Source of the DNA: an uncultured Muribaculaceae bacterium
GTDB taxonomy: Bacteria; Bacteroidota; Bacteroidia; Bacteroidales; Muribaculaceae
Length of the DNA stretch: 64,000 nt
NCBI GenBank assembly: GCA_910587915.1
Contig: CAJUOB010000008.1
Span: forward strand, 12,099 to 76,098
Direction of reading: 5' to 3'
Shown here: positions 1-10,154 of the stretch, piece after piece
How positions within the stretch are numbered: position 1 is the first letter of the stretch
How the letters are laid out: every line of letters begins with the position of its first letter
Notes under the pieces: generated by a model
Told to the model about the DNA's origin: nothing
Seen by the model: the letters and a program-made list of their open reading frames with translations, nothing else
Databases searched by the model: none
Position numbers and translations under genes: made by a program

Positions 1-393
1 CTTCCCTGCGCCACTCAGAACGAGCTTAACGGCGACGACGCCAAGGCTCTCATCGCTAACGGCGTAGGCATGGTTGCCGAAGTATCGAACATGGGCTGTA
101 CCCCCGAAGCTATCGATGCTTTCATCGAAAGCCGCACAGTATACGCTCCCGGCAAGGCCGTGAACGCAGGTGGTGTCGCCACTTCAGGTCTCGAAATGAG
201 CCAGAACGCAATGCACCTCCAGTGGAGCGCCGAGGAAGTCGACGAAAAACTCCACACCATCATGACCGACATCCACAGCCAGTGCCTCCAGTACGGCGTG
301 GAAGCCGACGGCTACATCAACTACATGAAGGGCGCAAACATCGCCGGCTTCATGAAGGTTGCCAACGCCATGATGGGCCTCGGTGTATGCTGA
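1..393 (+). CDS. gdhA: NADP-specific glutamate dehydrogenase, C-terminal part (5' truncated by window)
   Basis: Frame open from base 1: LPCATQNEL...VAEVSNM...PGKAVNAGGVATSGLEMSQN...GANIAGF, the typical GDH C-terminus. Confidence 0.95.
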   Translation, partial: LPCATQNELNGDDAKALIANGVGMVAEVSNMGCTPEAIDAFIESRTVYAPGKAVNAGGVATSGLEMSQNAMHLQWSAEEVDEKLHTIMTDIHSQCLQYGVEADGYINYMKGANIAGFMKVANAMMGLGVC

Positions 394-411
394 TATAACT
401 CATAACCCTAT

Positions 412-448
412 AAAAAACGGGAGTGCGCCACCGCATTCCCGTTTTTTT
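412..448. terminator. Bidirectional intrinsic terminator between convergent gdhA and GT4
   Basis: aaaaaacgggagtgcg-ccac-cgcattcccgttttttt: stem flanked by A and T tracts. Confidence 0.85.
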
Positions 449-453
449 ATTAG

Positions 454-1689
454 CTACAACCGGCACAGAGCCATATAACGGGCCGCGACAGCAGGCGCAC
501 TGAAGCGGTCGACTACGCTCTGCCGCTGTCTTTCAGGGCTGAAGTCACCGCCGAGTCCAAGCCGTATGCCTGCCGCAAGGTCGGCGGCATCGCGGTAGCG
601 TGCTATGTATCCGGTCTTTCCATGCTCTATTATATCGGCTTGACCACCTTCGCCGAAGCTCACTGCCCAACAACCGGCCGCCTGCCCCTCGATTAGCGTT
701 CCTGGCAAGGTCTCGTAGAGCGATGAAGATAGCACCACTGTGGACTGAGCATAGAGTTCGCGGAGGATTGACGCATCCGCCACCATGCCAAGCGCCGTAT
801 AGGGCATCTTGAGCGCATCGAGCGCCGCAGAATCTCTTATCGCACCGAAGAACACGGCATGCGCATCCTTGCAGCCGCCATCGGCAAGCCCATTAAGTGC
901 CTCGATGGCAAGAGGCAAGCCCTTGACAGGATCATCAAGCCGTGCGGCACCCATCACTATCAATTTCTTATCCTCGGGCAAGCCAAGCTCTGCACGCGAC
1001 ATACGAGGCTCAATATAGAATTCATCTACAGGAAAAGCATTGGGAATCACATCGACACTGCAGTGGCTCATCAGCGAGCTCTCGGCACATTTCGTGGCCA
1101 GCCACGAACTCACAGCCACAAAACGGATATCGCTGCTGTCATACAATGCTTTTTTCCGCTTCCATGTACGCCGGGAGAGATCATGCTCTCCCCGCCGGCC
1201 GTGCAGCAGCGGACAGTCGCCACATCCGGGAGTGAGTATGAAGCGTCGGCAATCGCCTGCATGATGGCATATACCGGTGGCATTCCACATGTCGTGCATG
1301 GTCCATATCACCCGTTTCCCCATAGCGCATATCCGGCTTATTTCCCGGAGCGACAGCATGCCCTGATTGACCCAATTGAACATCACCACATCGGCTTGCC
1401 GCACAAGAGGATGCTTCGACAGAGGCAAGCCGTCGGTAGCAATCGACACCGCAAAAAGATCTTGGCGGGTAAAGCCATTCGAAGCAAAAATTCTGGTATG
1501 CTCCGCCAGAAAGGGTATCTTTTTCCTCAAGCCGCTTGCAGCTACATGCACGCGATCATTATCGCCGGCTTTATGCACCACAAGCATCGATACATCCTCG
1601 CCCACTGCCACCAGAGCCTCGAGCAGACGCATGCTCACAACCGAGGCTCCGCCACGGCTATCGCTATGGTTTATAATCACTATCTTCAT
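454..1689 (-). CDS. Glycosyltransferase family 4 (WcaC-like)
   Basis: Start reassigned to MKIVIINHSD (ATGA overlap with flippase stop); WTMHDMW and ETLPGTLIEGQAAG (EX7E) motifs. Confidence 0.88.
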   Translation of the reverse strand: MKIVIINHSDSRGGASVVSMRLLEALVAVGEDVSMLVVHKAGDNDRVHVAASGLRKKIPFLAEHTRIFASNGFTRQDLFAVSIATDGLPLSKHPLVRQADVVMFNWVNQGMLSLREISRICAMGKRVIWTMHDMWNATGICHHAGDCRRFILTPGCGDCPLLHGRRGEHDLSRRTWKRKKALYDSSDIRFVAVSSWLATKCAESSLMSHCSVDVIPNAFPVDEFYIEPRMSRAELGLPEDKKLIVMGAARLDDPVKGLPLAIEALNGLADGGCKDAHAVFFGAIRDSAALDALKMPYTALGMVADASILRELYAQSTVVLSSSLYETLPGTLIEGQAAGCWAVSFGEGGQADIIEHGKTGYIARYRDAADLAAGIRLGLGGDFSPERQRQSVVDRFSAPAVAARYMALCRL

Positions 1690-3200
1690 CGACGGTGCAG
1701 AAATGAGGCCACCGGCCCAAGAAGCGACTTGAGAGTAAGGTGTTCCGTGCGGGCAAAGAATGCCACAAATACTACCAGAAGCACAGCCCGGAGCAGACAT
1801 TTAAACACCATATGTCCACCGATAGCGCCGACGCCGTACACACCGGCTATATAAAGCACCGCAGCAACTCCGAAATACGACAATATACGCCCTACCGGAT
1901 AGCCGATAGGATAATGTTTATTTCCTATGAAATAGCTCACCAGCATCATTGTGCCGTAGCTGCACAGGCAGCCTATGGCACAACCCATATAACCGATGCG
2001 CGGCACAAGAAGCACATTGAGCACAACCGTCACAGCCAGCCCTGCCAGCGAGAACCACATGCCATAGACAGTACGGTCGATAAGCTTGTACCACACCGAT
2101 AGATTGAAGAATATGCCGAAAAACAGCTCGCCCATCATCACTATCGGAACTACCGCAAGTCCGCTGAAATAGGCCGGGGCTATGAGATAGCGGATAAAAT
2201 CGAGATAGAACATCACGCCCAGATATATCAGCAATGCAAAGGCCACAAAGTACTTCATGGCATCGCGATAGGCATGAAGCTTACCTTCGCCGGCCTCTTT
2301 GCTTCGCGAGAATATGAATGGCTCGTAGGCAAAGCGGAATGCCTGCAGGAATACCAGAAGCACCACTGCTATCTTATAGTTGGCGCCATAGATACCCAAC
2401 TGATACATCGCATCGGCCTTATCGGCGACAAGACTCGGAAACATGAGCTTGTCGATGGTCTGATTCATTATGCCGGCAATGCCGAGCACCAGCAGCGGAG
2501 CCGAATAGACAAGAATCTCGCGCCAAAGCACCGCATTGAACCGCCAGCGGAAACCATGAAGTTCAGGAAACATCATCACCAGATTCACCACCGATGCAAT
2601 AAGATTGGCAAGGAATATATAGCCTATGCCGAAATCCGGACGATAGAACCACGACACAGTGCCGGGAGCATGCTCCATGAGCACCGGACACAGAAGAATG
2701 AAGAAAAGATTGAGACCGATATTTACCCCGATATTCACAAGGCGTATAACGGCGAAACGAACCGGTCGCTTGGCATAGCGCAGATAGCTGAACGGTATGG
2801 CCAGGAATGCATCGAGCGCCACACACACAGCCATCATAAGCACATACGACGGATGGCCGTCGCACTCGAGCCAATGCGTCAGCGGATGGATAAACACGGC
2901 GGTAAGCACCACGAAGACCGTCGACGATACGCCCAGCGATACCAGGCACGTCGAGTACACCTCCATAGGATCTTTCCACCTCTCATGATTGGCAAAACGG
3001 AAAAAACCGGTCTCCATGCCGTAGGTTAGTATGACCATGGCAAGCGCCACCACTGAGTAAACGAATGTAACCACGCCGTATTCCGCCGCCGGAAACATAT
3101 TTGTGTACAGCGGCACGAGCAGATAGTTCAGGAAACGTCCCACTATGGAACTGACACCGTAGACAGCGGTATCTTTCATCAGGCCTTTTACTCCAGCCAT
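1686..3200 (-). CDS. Oligosaccharide flippase / polysaccharide biosynthesis protein (MOP/Wzx-like)
   Basis: Many hydrophobic helices; N-terminus KDTAVYGVSSIVGRFLNYLLVPLYT typical of the conserved Bacteroidales flippase. Confidence 0.85.
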   Translation of the reverse strand: MAGVKGLMKDTAVYGVSSIVGRFLNYLLVPLYTNMFPAAEYGVVTFVYSVVALAMVILTYGMETGFFRFANHERWKDPMEVYSTCLVSLGVSSTVFVVLTAVFIHPLTHWLECDGHPSYVLMMAVCVALDAFLAIPFSYLRYAKRPVRFAVIRLVNIGVNIGLNLFFILLCPVLMEHAPGTVSWFYRPDFGIGYIFLANLIASVVNLVMMFPELHGFRWRFNAVLWREILVYSAPLLVLGIAGIMNQTIDKLMFPSLVADKADAMYQLGIYGANYKIAVVLLVFLQAFRFAYEPFIFSRSKEAGEGKLHAYRDAMKYFVAFALLIYLGVMFYLDFIRYLIAPAYFSGLAVVPIVMMGELFFGIFFNLSVWYKLIDRTVYGMWFSLAGLAVTVVLNVLLVPRIGYMGCAIGCLCSYGTMMLVSYFIGNKHYPIGYPVGRILSYFGVAAVLYIAGVYGVGAIGGHMVFKCLLRAVLLVVFVAFFARTEHLTLKSLLGPVASFLHRR

Positions 3201-3254
3201 CGCAATATATGTATGTTTGGTTTTAGAGGTTTTTATAAACAGACTCCCCGCAGA

Positions 3255-4457
3255 TCAGGCAGTCTTTGGCTTGCGCGCACCGGAAAGCCACGCCGAAACC
3301 CAGCAAGCGGTGAGCATATACACCGCAGCAAGAATCCACAGGGCCACGTAGTCGCGGCCGACTTCCGACAAGCTCGCGGCATTGCTGTTTATGCGTATGA
3401 AGCCTTCGACGCCCCACACTGCAGGCACACAGTTGCCCACCCATGTCCACAGGGTATTCATGGCATATCTGGGCCATGTGAGACCCGATAGGAACAGGAA
3501 CACCACCGACGTGAACACGATGACAACAAACGCACTCTCGCGCTGCTTCATGAAGTAGTTGAGCGTCAATCCGAGGAATGCCGACGACAGCAACATCGGG
3601 AAGATAAACAGATAGTAGTCGACAGGGCTGCCATAGTGCGGCAGATTGAACATTTCGGGTATGAACCGAAGTATATAGACCGTCACCGGTATATAGCACA
3701 CCGTGTAGCACAGCGCCTTGCCCCACACCGATGCCGAAGCCGGTGCGTTGTTCACTTCTTCGGGGTCAATGCCGCCATTGCGGTTGCGACGCTCGCGCGA
3801 GGTCCCACCAAGCAGGGTGATACCCAGAATCATACTCTGCTGTAGAATAAGAATGACGATGCCGGGGATGACAAACGAAGCGAATCCCTGCTCGGTATCG
3901 CCGAGAAAGTTGCTCTCGCTCTTGATCGGCAATCCACCGCCGACAGCAAGCGATTCAAGACCGGCTGCCTGAATTTTCTCGCCGGTCACCTCGGAAATCA
4001 CATCGATCTGAAGGTCGGTGAGCGCGGCTACGAATGCACGGTAGCGCAACAGCAGACTCATGTCGGAATAGAACTCCACATGAGCAGGAGTTCCGTTGCC
4101 GAGATTTTTGCCATAATCATGCGCTATTTTCATCACACCGAACACCTTGCCTTCGGCCATCAGAGCCTTGGCATCGGCCATATTCGGGCAGATGGAATAG
4201 ATCTCTATCGTAGGCGATGCAGATGCCTTTCTGATAAAGTCGCGCGAGGCCGCCGACATCGAATCGTCGACAACTGCCACAGGCAGCTGGCGAACAACCT
4301 CGGGATTATATATAAGGGTATACACTACCGGATAGGCCAGAGGAAGCGCCACGAAGAATAGCAGCACGCCCGGATCTTTGAGGACGTGGTGGAACTCGCG
4401 GCGGAACACACGTCCCATGGCAGAGAACCAATTCCGTATGTAGTCGAATACATTCAT
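3255..4457 (-). CDS. ABC-2 type transporter permease (YbhR/YbhS-like)
   Basis: N-terminal TM, PVAVVDD periplasmic domain, C-terminal TM bundle with LSGLTWP; start at MNVFDY chosen, ORF track start is 4469. Confidence 0.88.
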   Translation of the reverse strand: MNVFDYIRNWFSAMGRVFRREFHHVLKDPGVLLFFVALPLAYPVVYTLIYNPEVVRQLPVAVVDDSMSAASRDFIRKASASPTIEIYSICPNMADAKALMAEGKVFGVMKIAHDYGKNLGNGTPAHVEFYSDMSLLLRYRAFVAALTDLQIDVISEVTGEKIQAAGLESLAVGGGLPIKSESNFLGDTEQGFASFVIPGIVILILQQSMILGITLLGGTSRERRNRNGGIDPEEVNNAPASASVWGKALCYTVCYIPVTVYILRFIPEMFNLPHYGSPVDYYLFIFPMLLSSAFLGLTLNYFMKQRESAFVVIVFTSVVFLFLSGLTWPRYAMNTLWTWVGNCVPAVWGVEGFIRINSNAASLSEVGRDYVALWILAAVYMLTACWVSAWLSGARKPKTA

Positions 4458-4458
4458 A

Positions 4459-5619
4459 CTATGGTACATAAACAGGATTAAGACAAGCCTTGCGAAGCCT
4501 GCGCAGCATCACTCCGGCCACAAAGGGGAAGAGAATGAGAGCCACATAGTAGAATCGCGAATAGTACAGTCCCACGCCGTTGAGACCCTCGTTGATATAG
4601 ATGAGGAACCAGTAGCGGATAGGGGCAAGCCAACTGAATACAGCCAACGCGCCGTACATGCTCTGAACCGGGAAGGAGAATCCGGTGAAGGAGAAGGAGA
4701 GTATGCCGAAAAGAGCACAGAGACTGAACGACAGACGCGGATTGGGCACCACTGTGGTCACGAAAAGGGCGAAGCCCTGCGAGGCCGTCACAAGCAGGAA
4801 TGTGGCAACGATAAGCCAGAACAGACTCCCGTTGAGCGGAAAATGTGAGTACCCGAACATGAGCCAGAGTATGAACAGCCCTACGGCCATGAACACCACC
4901 GTCTGCGGCAGCAACTTGGTAGCCACCGCCTGCACCATACTTCCTCCATTGGTGGCGAGCCATTGGGGCGATGTTCCTTCTTTGATTTCAATTGTGATGG
5001 AGAAAACCGTCATGAGCATTATCATGAGGGCGAAAGTGGCCATGGAGAATGAGGGTGTGAGATAGTACGAGTAGTTCATCCACGGATTATGCAGCGGGAA
5101 CTGATCGACTGCCACAGGCTGCACAAGCGATGCCACATTCTGCGGATCCACTCCAAGGCTAACCAGAGTCTGCTGCACCACACCTCCGGCAGTGGCCACC
5201 GCTACGGTCTTGAAGCCCTTGAAGGAGAGAGTGCCAGGCACGAAGTAGGTCATATTGGTGAAATACTCCAGCGTGGGGGTGTTGCCGCTGAGCGCATCCT
5301 TCTCGAAATTTGCCGGAATGACAAAGAAACCGAAGGTCTTGCCCTCGCGTATCTGGTCGAGCGCCTGATCGTAGCTCTCGGCCTCCTCGCATATGTCGAG
5401 CAACTGCAATGCCTTGAGAGAGCGTGTCACACTACGGCTCATCGACGAATGATCGAGGTCGACAACTGCAGTAGGCACCTGTTCCGGAAGTCCGCTGTGC
5501 AGCAAGCTCAGAAAGAAGATGATGGTGAATATCGGCACGATAACCATGCCGAAGATATACATCTTCCGCGAGCACATGCGATTCACCTCACGCTTGATTC
5601 CTGATATGAACGACTTCAT
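4459..5619 (-). CDS. ABC-2 type transporter permease
   Basis: PTAVVDLDHSSMSR, NPWMNYSYYL and FTGFSFP motifs; paralogue of the neighbouring permease. Confidence 0.88.
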   Translation of the reverse strand: MKSFISGIKREVNRMCSRKMYIFGMVIVPIFTIIFFLSLLHSGLPEQVPTAVVDLDHSSMSRSVTRSLKALQLLDICEEAESYDQALDQIREGKTFGFFVIPANFEKDALSGNTPTLEYFTNMTYFVPGTLSFKGFKTVAVATAGGVVQQTLVSLGVDPQNVASLVQPVAVDQFPLHNPWMNYSYYLTPSFSMATFALMIMLMTVFSITIEIKEGTSPQWLATNGGSMVQAVATKLLPQTVVFMAVGLFILWLMFGYSHFPLNGSLFWLIVATFLLVTASQGFALFVTTVVPNPRLSFSLCALFGILSFSFTGFSFPVQSMYGALAVFSWLAPIRYWFLIYINEGLNGVGLYYSRFYYVALILFPFVAGVMLRRLRKACLNPVYVP

Positions 5620-5630
5620 CGGATCTGTTT

Positions 5631-6647
5631 TTATTTAGTATCGGGCTGTTCGAAAACGGCCGACATGCCAGGACGCAGACCGGGTACATCCTCGGTCGGA
5701 CGGGCCTTTATCTGGAAAGTACGGCTGTCGTAGCTGCCGGTAGATTTTGTGGAGCGCCATGTGGCATAGCTACCCATGTCGCGCACGTAGTATATTTTCA
5801 CATTGATTTTCTTCTTGCCCAAAGCTGGAATCATCACTTCGATTTCCTTGCCGATGGAAAGGTCCTCGAGCAATTCTTCGCGCACATTGAATGTCACCCA
5901 ACGGTCGTCGGACTTCAGAAGACTCATTATAGGAGCGCCAAGCGCCACCAACTCTCCCACCTCGGGATATATCTGGTCGATAGTACCATCGAACGGAGCC
6001 GTCAGGTAGCTGTCTTCCAACAGTGCCTCCACCTGCTTCACTCCGCTTTCGGCACCCTGCACCATGGCTGCGGCCGACTGCTTGTCCTCGCTCTGCGCTC
6101 CGGCCTTGGCGAGCGACAGCTGGCTGGCAGCGGCATCGCGGGCAGCGACAGCGGCATCGTAGGCAGCCTTAGCCTCGTCGCGTTTCTGCTCGGCAATCAC
6201 ACCCTCGCTGTAGAGATGCTCCATGCGGTCGTAGGTCTTTTTAGTGATAGTGACACCGGCCTCGGCCTGACGCAGCAGGTCGGCCGCCGCATTCACAATC
6301 TGCATGCGGGTACCGGCATCGATTTTCTTATTCTGGGCTGCGGCCACATCTTTCATAGCTTCGGCCTGTCCAAGCTGAGCTTCCACTATCGAAGAATGTA
6401 TGCGCACCAGAGTATCACCTGCATGCACGGTGTCGCCCTCCTGGGTATAGAACTCGAGCACCCGGCCGGCAAGCTTGCCCGAAATGCGGATATTGGTACC
6501 CTCCACCTGACCCTCGATATAAGAATCGGGGCGGTTCATGAATATAAAGCCAACCACTGCTATGATGGCCACAGCCACCACTACCACAGCCATTGTGGCC
6601 AGCAAGGTCTTATTGGCCCGTTTTTCCTGGTTCTGACTCTGTGTCAT
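5631..6647 (-). CDS. HlyD family membrane fusion protein
   Basis: N-terminal TM anchor, lipoyl-like EGDTVHAGDTL, coiled coil, APFDG and LRPGMSA motifs. Confidence 0.92.
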   Translation of the reverse strand: MTQSQNQEKRANKTLLATMAVVVVAVAIIAVVGFIFMNRPDSYIEGQVEGTNIRISGKLAGRVLEFYTQEGDTVHAGDTLVRIHSSIVEAQLGQAEAMKDVAAAQNKKIDAGTRMQIVNAAADLLRQAEAGVTITKKTYDRMEHLYSEGVIAEQKRDEAKAAYDAAVAARDAAASQLSLAKAGAQSEDKQSAAAMVQGAESGVKQVEALLEDSYLTAPFDGTIDQIYPEVGELVALGAPIMSLLKSDDRWVTFNVREELLEDLSIGKEIEVMIPALGKKKINVKIYYVRDMGSYATWRSTKSTGSYDSRTFQIKARPTEDVPGLRPGMSAVFEQPDTK

Positions 6648-6678
6648 ATTGCGTTTATGTTTAGTTTCGTTTTCAAGC

Positions 6679-8181
6679 TTAGTAAAGTGTTCCGAGAGCC
6701 TTGCTCAGATAGGTCTGGCACAGCTGTACGTCGATCATGGCGTCGATCTGCTCTGAGTGAGCCTTGAGCCATGCGGTCTGGGCAGCCATCACATTATCGG
6801 TGGTCGCCACACCCTCGCGGAATGCAAGCGTGGCCGTGCGCAGGTTTTCATCGGCTTTGGCAAGATTGGTCATGGTCATATTGTAGGTCTTGTAGGCTTC
6901 CTGAGTCTTGAACGAAGCCTGGCTCACCTGGAGAGTCACCAGCTCGCGTGCATCGGAAAGCTCGAGCCTGCGAATATTCTCATCGGCTTCGGCTGCCTTA
7001 TATTTGGCCCGGTTGCCACCCCAGTGCCAGATAGGAATCGACACCATGGCTCCTACCGAGAATGCGCCTTTGAAACGCTTCTTAAATCCGTCGTAGAGAT
7101 TAGGATTCGACACTTCGTACGAGCCAATCAAGGCCACATTGGGAAGCATGGCCGACAATGCCACCTTCTTCTGCTGTTTGGCAGCCTCAACACCATATTC
7201 GAGCGCCCGCAGATCGGGACGGCGGGCGAACACCTCGTCCATGTCGTATCCGCCATCAGGAGCCACGCCCTCGGAAGGAACGGCATCGGTATTATCCTCA
7301 TCGGCAAGTGCGAAGACAGTATTCACCGGCAGGCCACACACCTGGGCAAGCGCCATGCGCGATAGCACAAGACCGTTCTCCACCTTCACAAGATCTACCT
7401 GCGCTGCATTGAGCTTCACATCCACACTCAGAGCGTCGGCCCTGGTGGCAACACCTTCGTCGAGCATCAGATGCACATTGCGGCTGAGCGAGTCGAGAAG
7501 ATTCACATAGCTTGAAGCAAGCGCCTGCTTGGCCTTGAGCGACACCACCTGCCAGTATGCGGCATCGACGGCGTATATCACATTTTCCGTCTCCGATGTC
7601 TCCAGCTCGCGGGCAGCACCCTCGGCAGCCTTGGTGAGTTTATTGAGCGCCACAATCTTGCCACCCATATAGAGAGGCTGGGTAAGTGTCACCGCCCCGA
7701 AGAACACATTGTGGATGTCGTACTCGAGGGCCTCTTTCGGAAGATAGGCTACACTGGCGGGTATATACTGGCCGTTAGGACCTTTTATAGGCTCGCCCGT
7801 GGCAGGATTCTTCACCAGATCGAACTGGTAGGACTGGGTGGCGAGGTCGAAGTTTTTAATCGGAAGCATCTGATCGGAGTCGAACATCGATATCTTGCGC
7901 TGGTTATAGAGGTAACCGCCCGCGAAATCGATGGCCGGCAAATAGGCCGCGAAAGCCTCTTTATTCTGGTACTCCGCTTTTTTCACACGCTGACGTGCCA
8001 TCATCAGCTGTTTATTGTTTGTCAAGGCCATGGCACGGCATGAATCAAGCGACATCACGCCTGGTAATGTCACTGTAGCGTCGGCCGACACCATCGGTTC
8101 CTGGGCGCTTACCGATACGGCAGCAAGAACCATTGCGATAGCACCGGCACGCAATCGGCTGTATTGATTTTGGAGCTTCAT
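6679..8181 (-). CDS. TolC family outer membrane efflux protein
   Basis: Signal peptide; two OEP repeats (YLPAIDF...LTQPLYMGG; MLPNVAL...SIPIWHWG). Confidence 0.92.
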   Translation of the reverse strand: MKLQNQYSRLRAGAIAMVLAAVSVSAQEPMVSADATVTLPGVMSLDSCRAMALTNNKQLMMARQRVKKAEYQNKEAFAAYLPAIDFAGGYLYNQRKISMFDSDQMLPIKNFDLATQSYQFDLVKNPATGEPIKGPNGQYIPASVAYLPKEALEYDIHNVFFGAVTLTQPLYMGGKIVALNKLTKAAEGAARELETSETENVIYAVDAAYWQVVSLKAKQALASSYVNLLDSLSRNVHLMLDEGVATRADALSVDVKLNAAQVDLVKVENGLVLSRMALAQVCGLPVNTVFALADEDNTDAVPSEGVAPDGGYDMDEVFARRPDLRALEYGVEAAKQQKKVALSAMLPNVALIGSYEVSNPNLYDGFKKRFKGAFSVGAMVSIPIWHWGGNRAKYKAAEADENIRRLELSDARELVTLQVSQASFKTQEAYKTYNMTMTNLAKADENLRTATLAFREGVATTDNVMAAQTAWLKAHSEQIDAMIDVQLCQTYLSKALGTLY

Positions 8182-8208
8182 TCCGGATTAGTTGAAACGT
8201 TTGATTAG

Positions 8209-8259
8209 AATTAAAACCCTCTGCGACGACGCATTGTTCGCGCCGGATGTCGCAAAGGG
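8209..8259 (-). terminator. Hairpin plus T-tract downstream of gtrA, overlapping the tolC transcription start region
   Basis: Minus strand ccctttgcgac...gtcgcagaggg (11-bp stem with one G-U) followed by TTTTAATT. Confidence 0.5.
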
Positions 8260-8267
8260 CAAATTTA
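8260..8267 (-). promoter_or_regulatory. Bacteroidetes sigma-A -7 element for the tolC operon
   Basis: TAAATTTG on minus strand matches TAnnTTTG. Confidence 0.65.
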
Positions 8268-8295
8268 AGAAAAATTTCTTAAATTGAAAAAGGTA

Positions 8296-8721
8296 TTACC
8301 TGAATGTCACCAGACGGTTGTACACAAAATTAGCGAGTGTATACACCACATTGCCAAGAAGTGTGGCTATGCCATAGCCCGAAATCACCACGCCGAAGAA
8401 CATAAAGTCGTACTTCCCGAATGGAGACTGGGTGAGCATCCACACCAAAATAAACTGCAGTGCATAGCATATGCCGAATCCGAGCAGGAAGCGCACCGCC
8501 TCGCGACGGTAGTGCCCCTTGCTTTTAAATGTCCACTGCTTATTGCAGAAAAAAGAATTTGTAACACCGGCGATATATCCCAACGCATTGCTCACGTATA
8601 GATTCCATCCAAGCATCGATTTGCACAGATATATCACGCCCAAAGTCACAAGCGTATTCAACACCCCGACAATACAATATCTTATAAACTGGCCTATCTG
8701 TTCTCTGTTTTTCATAGTCAT
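8296..8721 (-). CDS. GtrA family protein
   Basis: QFIRYCIVGVLNTLV...NSFFCNKQWTF; about four TM helices. Confidence 0.9.
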   Translation of the reverse strand: MTMKNREQIGQFIRYCIVGVLNTLVTLGVIYLCKSMLGWNLYVSNALGYIAGVTNSFFCNKQWTFKSKGHYRREAVRFLLGFGICYALQFILVWMLTQSPFGKYDFMFFGVVISGYGIATLLGNVVYTLANFVYNRLVTFR

Positions 8722-8722
8722 G

Positions 8723-9364
8723 TTATTCCTTGGGCAAATCCTCCGGCGGCACCTTCAGTATAGGCAGCGACCAATCGTAGTGTACAGCCGCGATTCTCAG
8801 TCCGACAACAGCCACTGCACAAGCTATCTGCGGTATCACCTGAGGGATATCGGGGATGAAATCCACAAGCCAATACACAACTCCACCGGCCAGACAGGCT
8901 GTGGCGTAGATATCTTTCTTGAAAAACAGCGGTGCTTCGTTGATAAGTATATCGCGCGTCACACCACCGAAAGAGCCTGTGATTATACCCATCACTATCG
9001 CCACCCACGCCGGATAACCGGCAGCAAAACTTTTCTCGATTCCCACCACCACAAACAGCGCCAGACCGATGGCATCGAATATGAAAAGCGTACGCATGCC
9101 GCCCACAAGGGCTCGTCGGAACACTATCACCGCCACCAACGATATAAAGGTAACAGAAAGGAACATCGAGTTCTGCATCCAGAACACAGGCACCGCAAGA
9201 AGCACGTCGCGCAAAGTACCGCCGCCTATGGCGGTGACAAGGCCCACCACATAAGCACCGAACCAGTCGAAATTCTTAGCCGCAGCAAGGCGTATACCCG
9301 AGATAGCGAAGGCTATCGTACCCACCACCTCGATTGTGAATATAAAGAGATTGCTTTCGTCCAT
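8723..9364 (-). CDS. Trimeric intracellular cation channel / YadS-like membrane protein
   Basis: GTIAFAISG, TAIGGGTLRD, DAIGLALF and GGVTRDIL repeated motifs; start reassigned to MDESN. Confidence 0.88.
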   Translation of the reverse strand: MDESNLFIFTIEVVGTIAFAISGIRLAAAKNFDWFGAYVVGLVTAIGGGTLRDVLLAVPVFWMQNSMFLSVTFISLVAVIVFRRALVGGMRTLFIFDAIGLALFVVVGIEKSFAAGYPAWVAIVMGIITGSFGGVTRDILINEAPLFFKKDIYATACLAGGVVYWLVDFIPDIPQVIPQIACAVAVVGLRIAAVHYDWSLPILKVPPEDLPKE

Positions 9365-9368
9365 GGAA

Positions 9369-10058
9369 TCATTCTGGTTTTCCCAAAGCCTTGGCCTTGG
9401 CAAGAGCGCGGGCTGCCTTGGCGTCCTCACGCTCACGATAACGGCATATATCGGCAAGAAAGCACTTGCCGCACTCAGGCTTGCGCGCCTTGCACACATA
9501 GCGTCCGTGCAGTATCAGCCAGTGGTGTGCCTTGGCAATAACTTCCTCAGGAATATTCCCGGTAAGCTTTTTCTCGGTGTCAAGAGGATTGCGGCTCGCA
9601 GTGGTAAGACCTATGCGCTCGGCCACTCGGAAAACATGCGTATCCACTGCCATCGCCGGACGGTCGAACACCACCGAGAGAATCACATTCGCAGTCTTGC
9701 GGCCGACCCCGGGCAAGCTCATCAGGGCGTCGATATCATCGGGAACCTGTCCACCGAAATCTTCCACAAGCTTGCGGGCCATGCCCGACAACGATTTGCT
9801 CTTATTGTTGGGATACGACACCGACTTTATAAAGCCGTATATATCTTCCAGACTGGCAGCAGCAAGCGCTTCGGGAGTGGGATATGCCTCGAAAAGAGCG
9901 GGTGTTATCATGTTCACCCTCTTGTCGGTGCACTGCGCCGACAAGATCACTGCTACGAGCAACTGATAGGGATTGCCGTAGTGAAGCTCGGTCTCCGCCA
10001 CCGGCATTTCCTTCGAAAAACGCTCGACAACGGCACGATATCGCTCCGCCTGTTTCAT
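9369..10058 (-). CDS. nth: Endonuclease III
   Basis: LSAQCTD, HhH LPGVGRKTAN, VDTHV, and Fe-S motif CKARKPECGKCFLADIC. Confidence 0.97.
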   Translation of the reverse strand: MKQAERYRAVVERFSKEMPVAETELHYGNPYQLLVAVILSAQCTDKRVNMITPALFEAYPTPEALAAASLEDIYGFIKSVSYPNNKSKSLSGMARKLVEDFGGQVPDDIDALMSLPGVGRKTANVILSVVFDRPAMAVDTHVFRVAERIGLTTASRNPLDTEKKLTGNIPEEVIAKAHHWLILHGRYVCKARKPECGKCFLADICRYREREDAKAARALAKAKALGKPE

Positions 10059-10154
10059 CGTTTATAGTTATTTATAGATAAGCATGATGAGTTTAAAGCA
10101 CTGTTACATCCTCTAAACCCATCATCTTATAAACTCATGCGACTTAAATCTACT

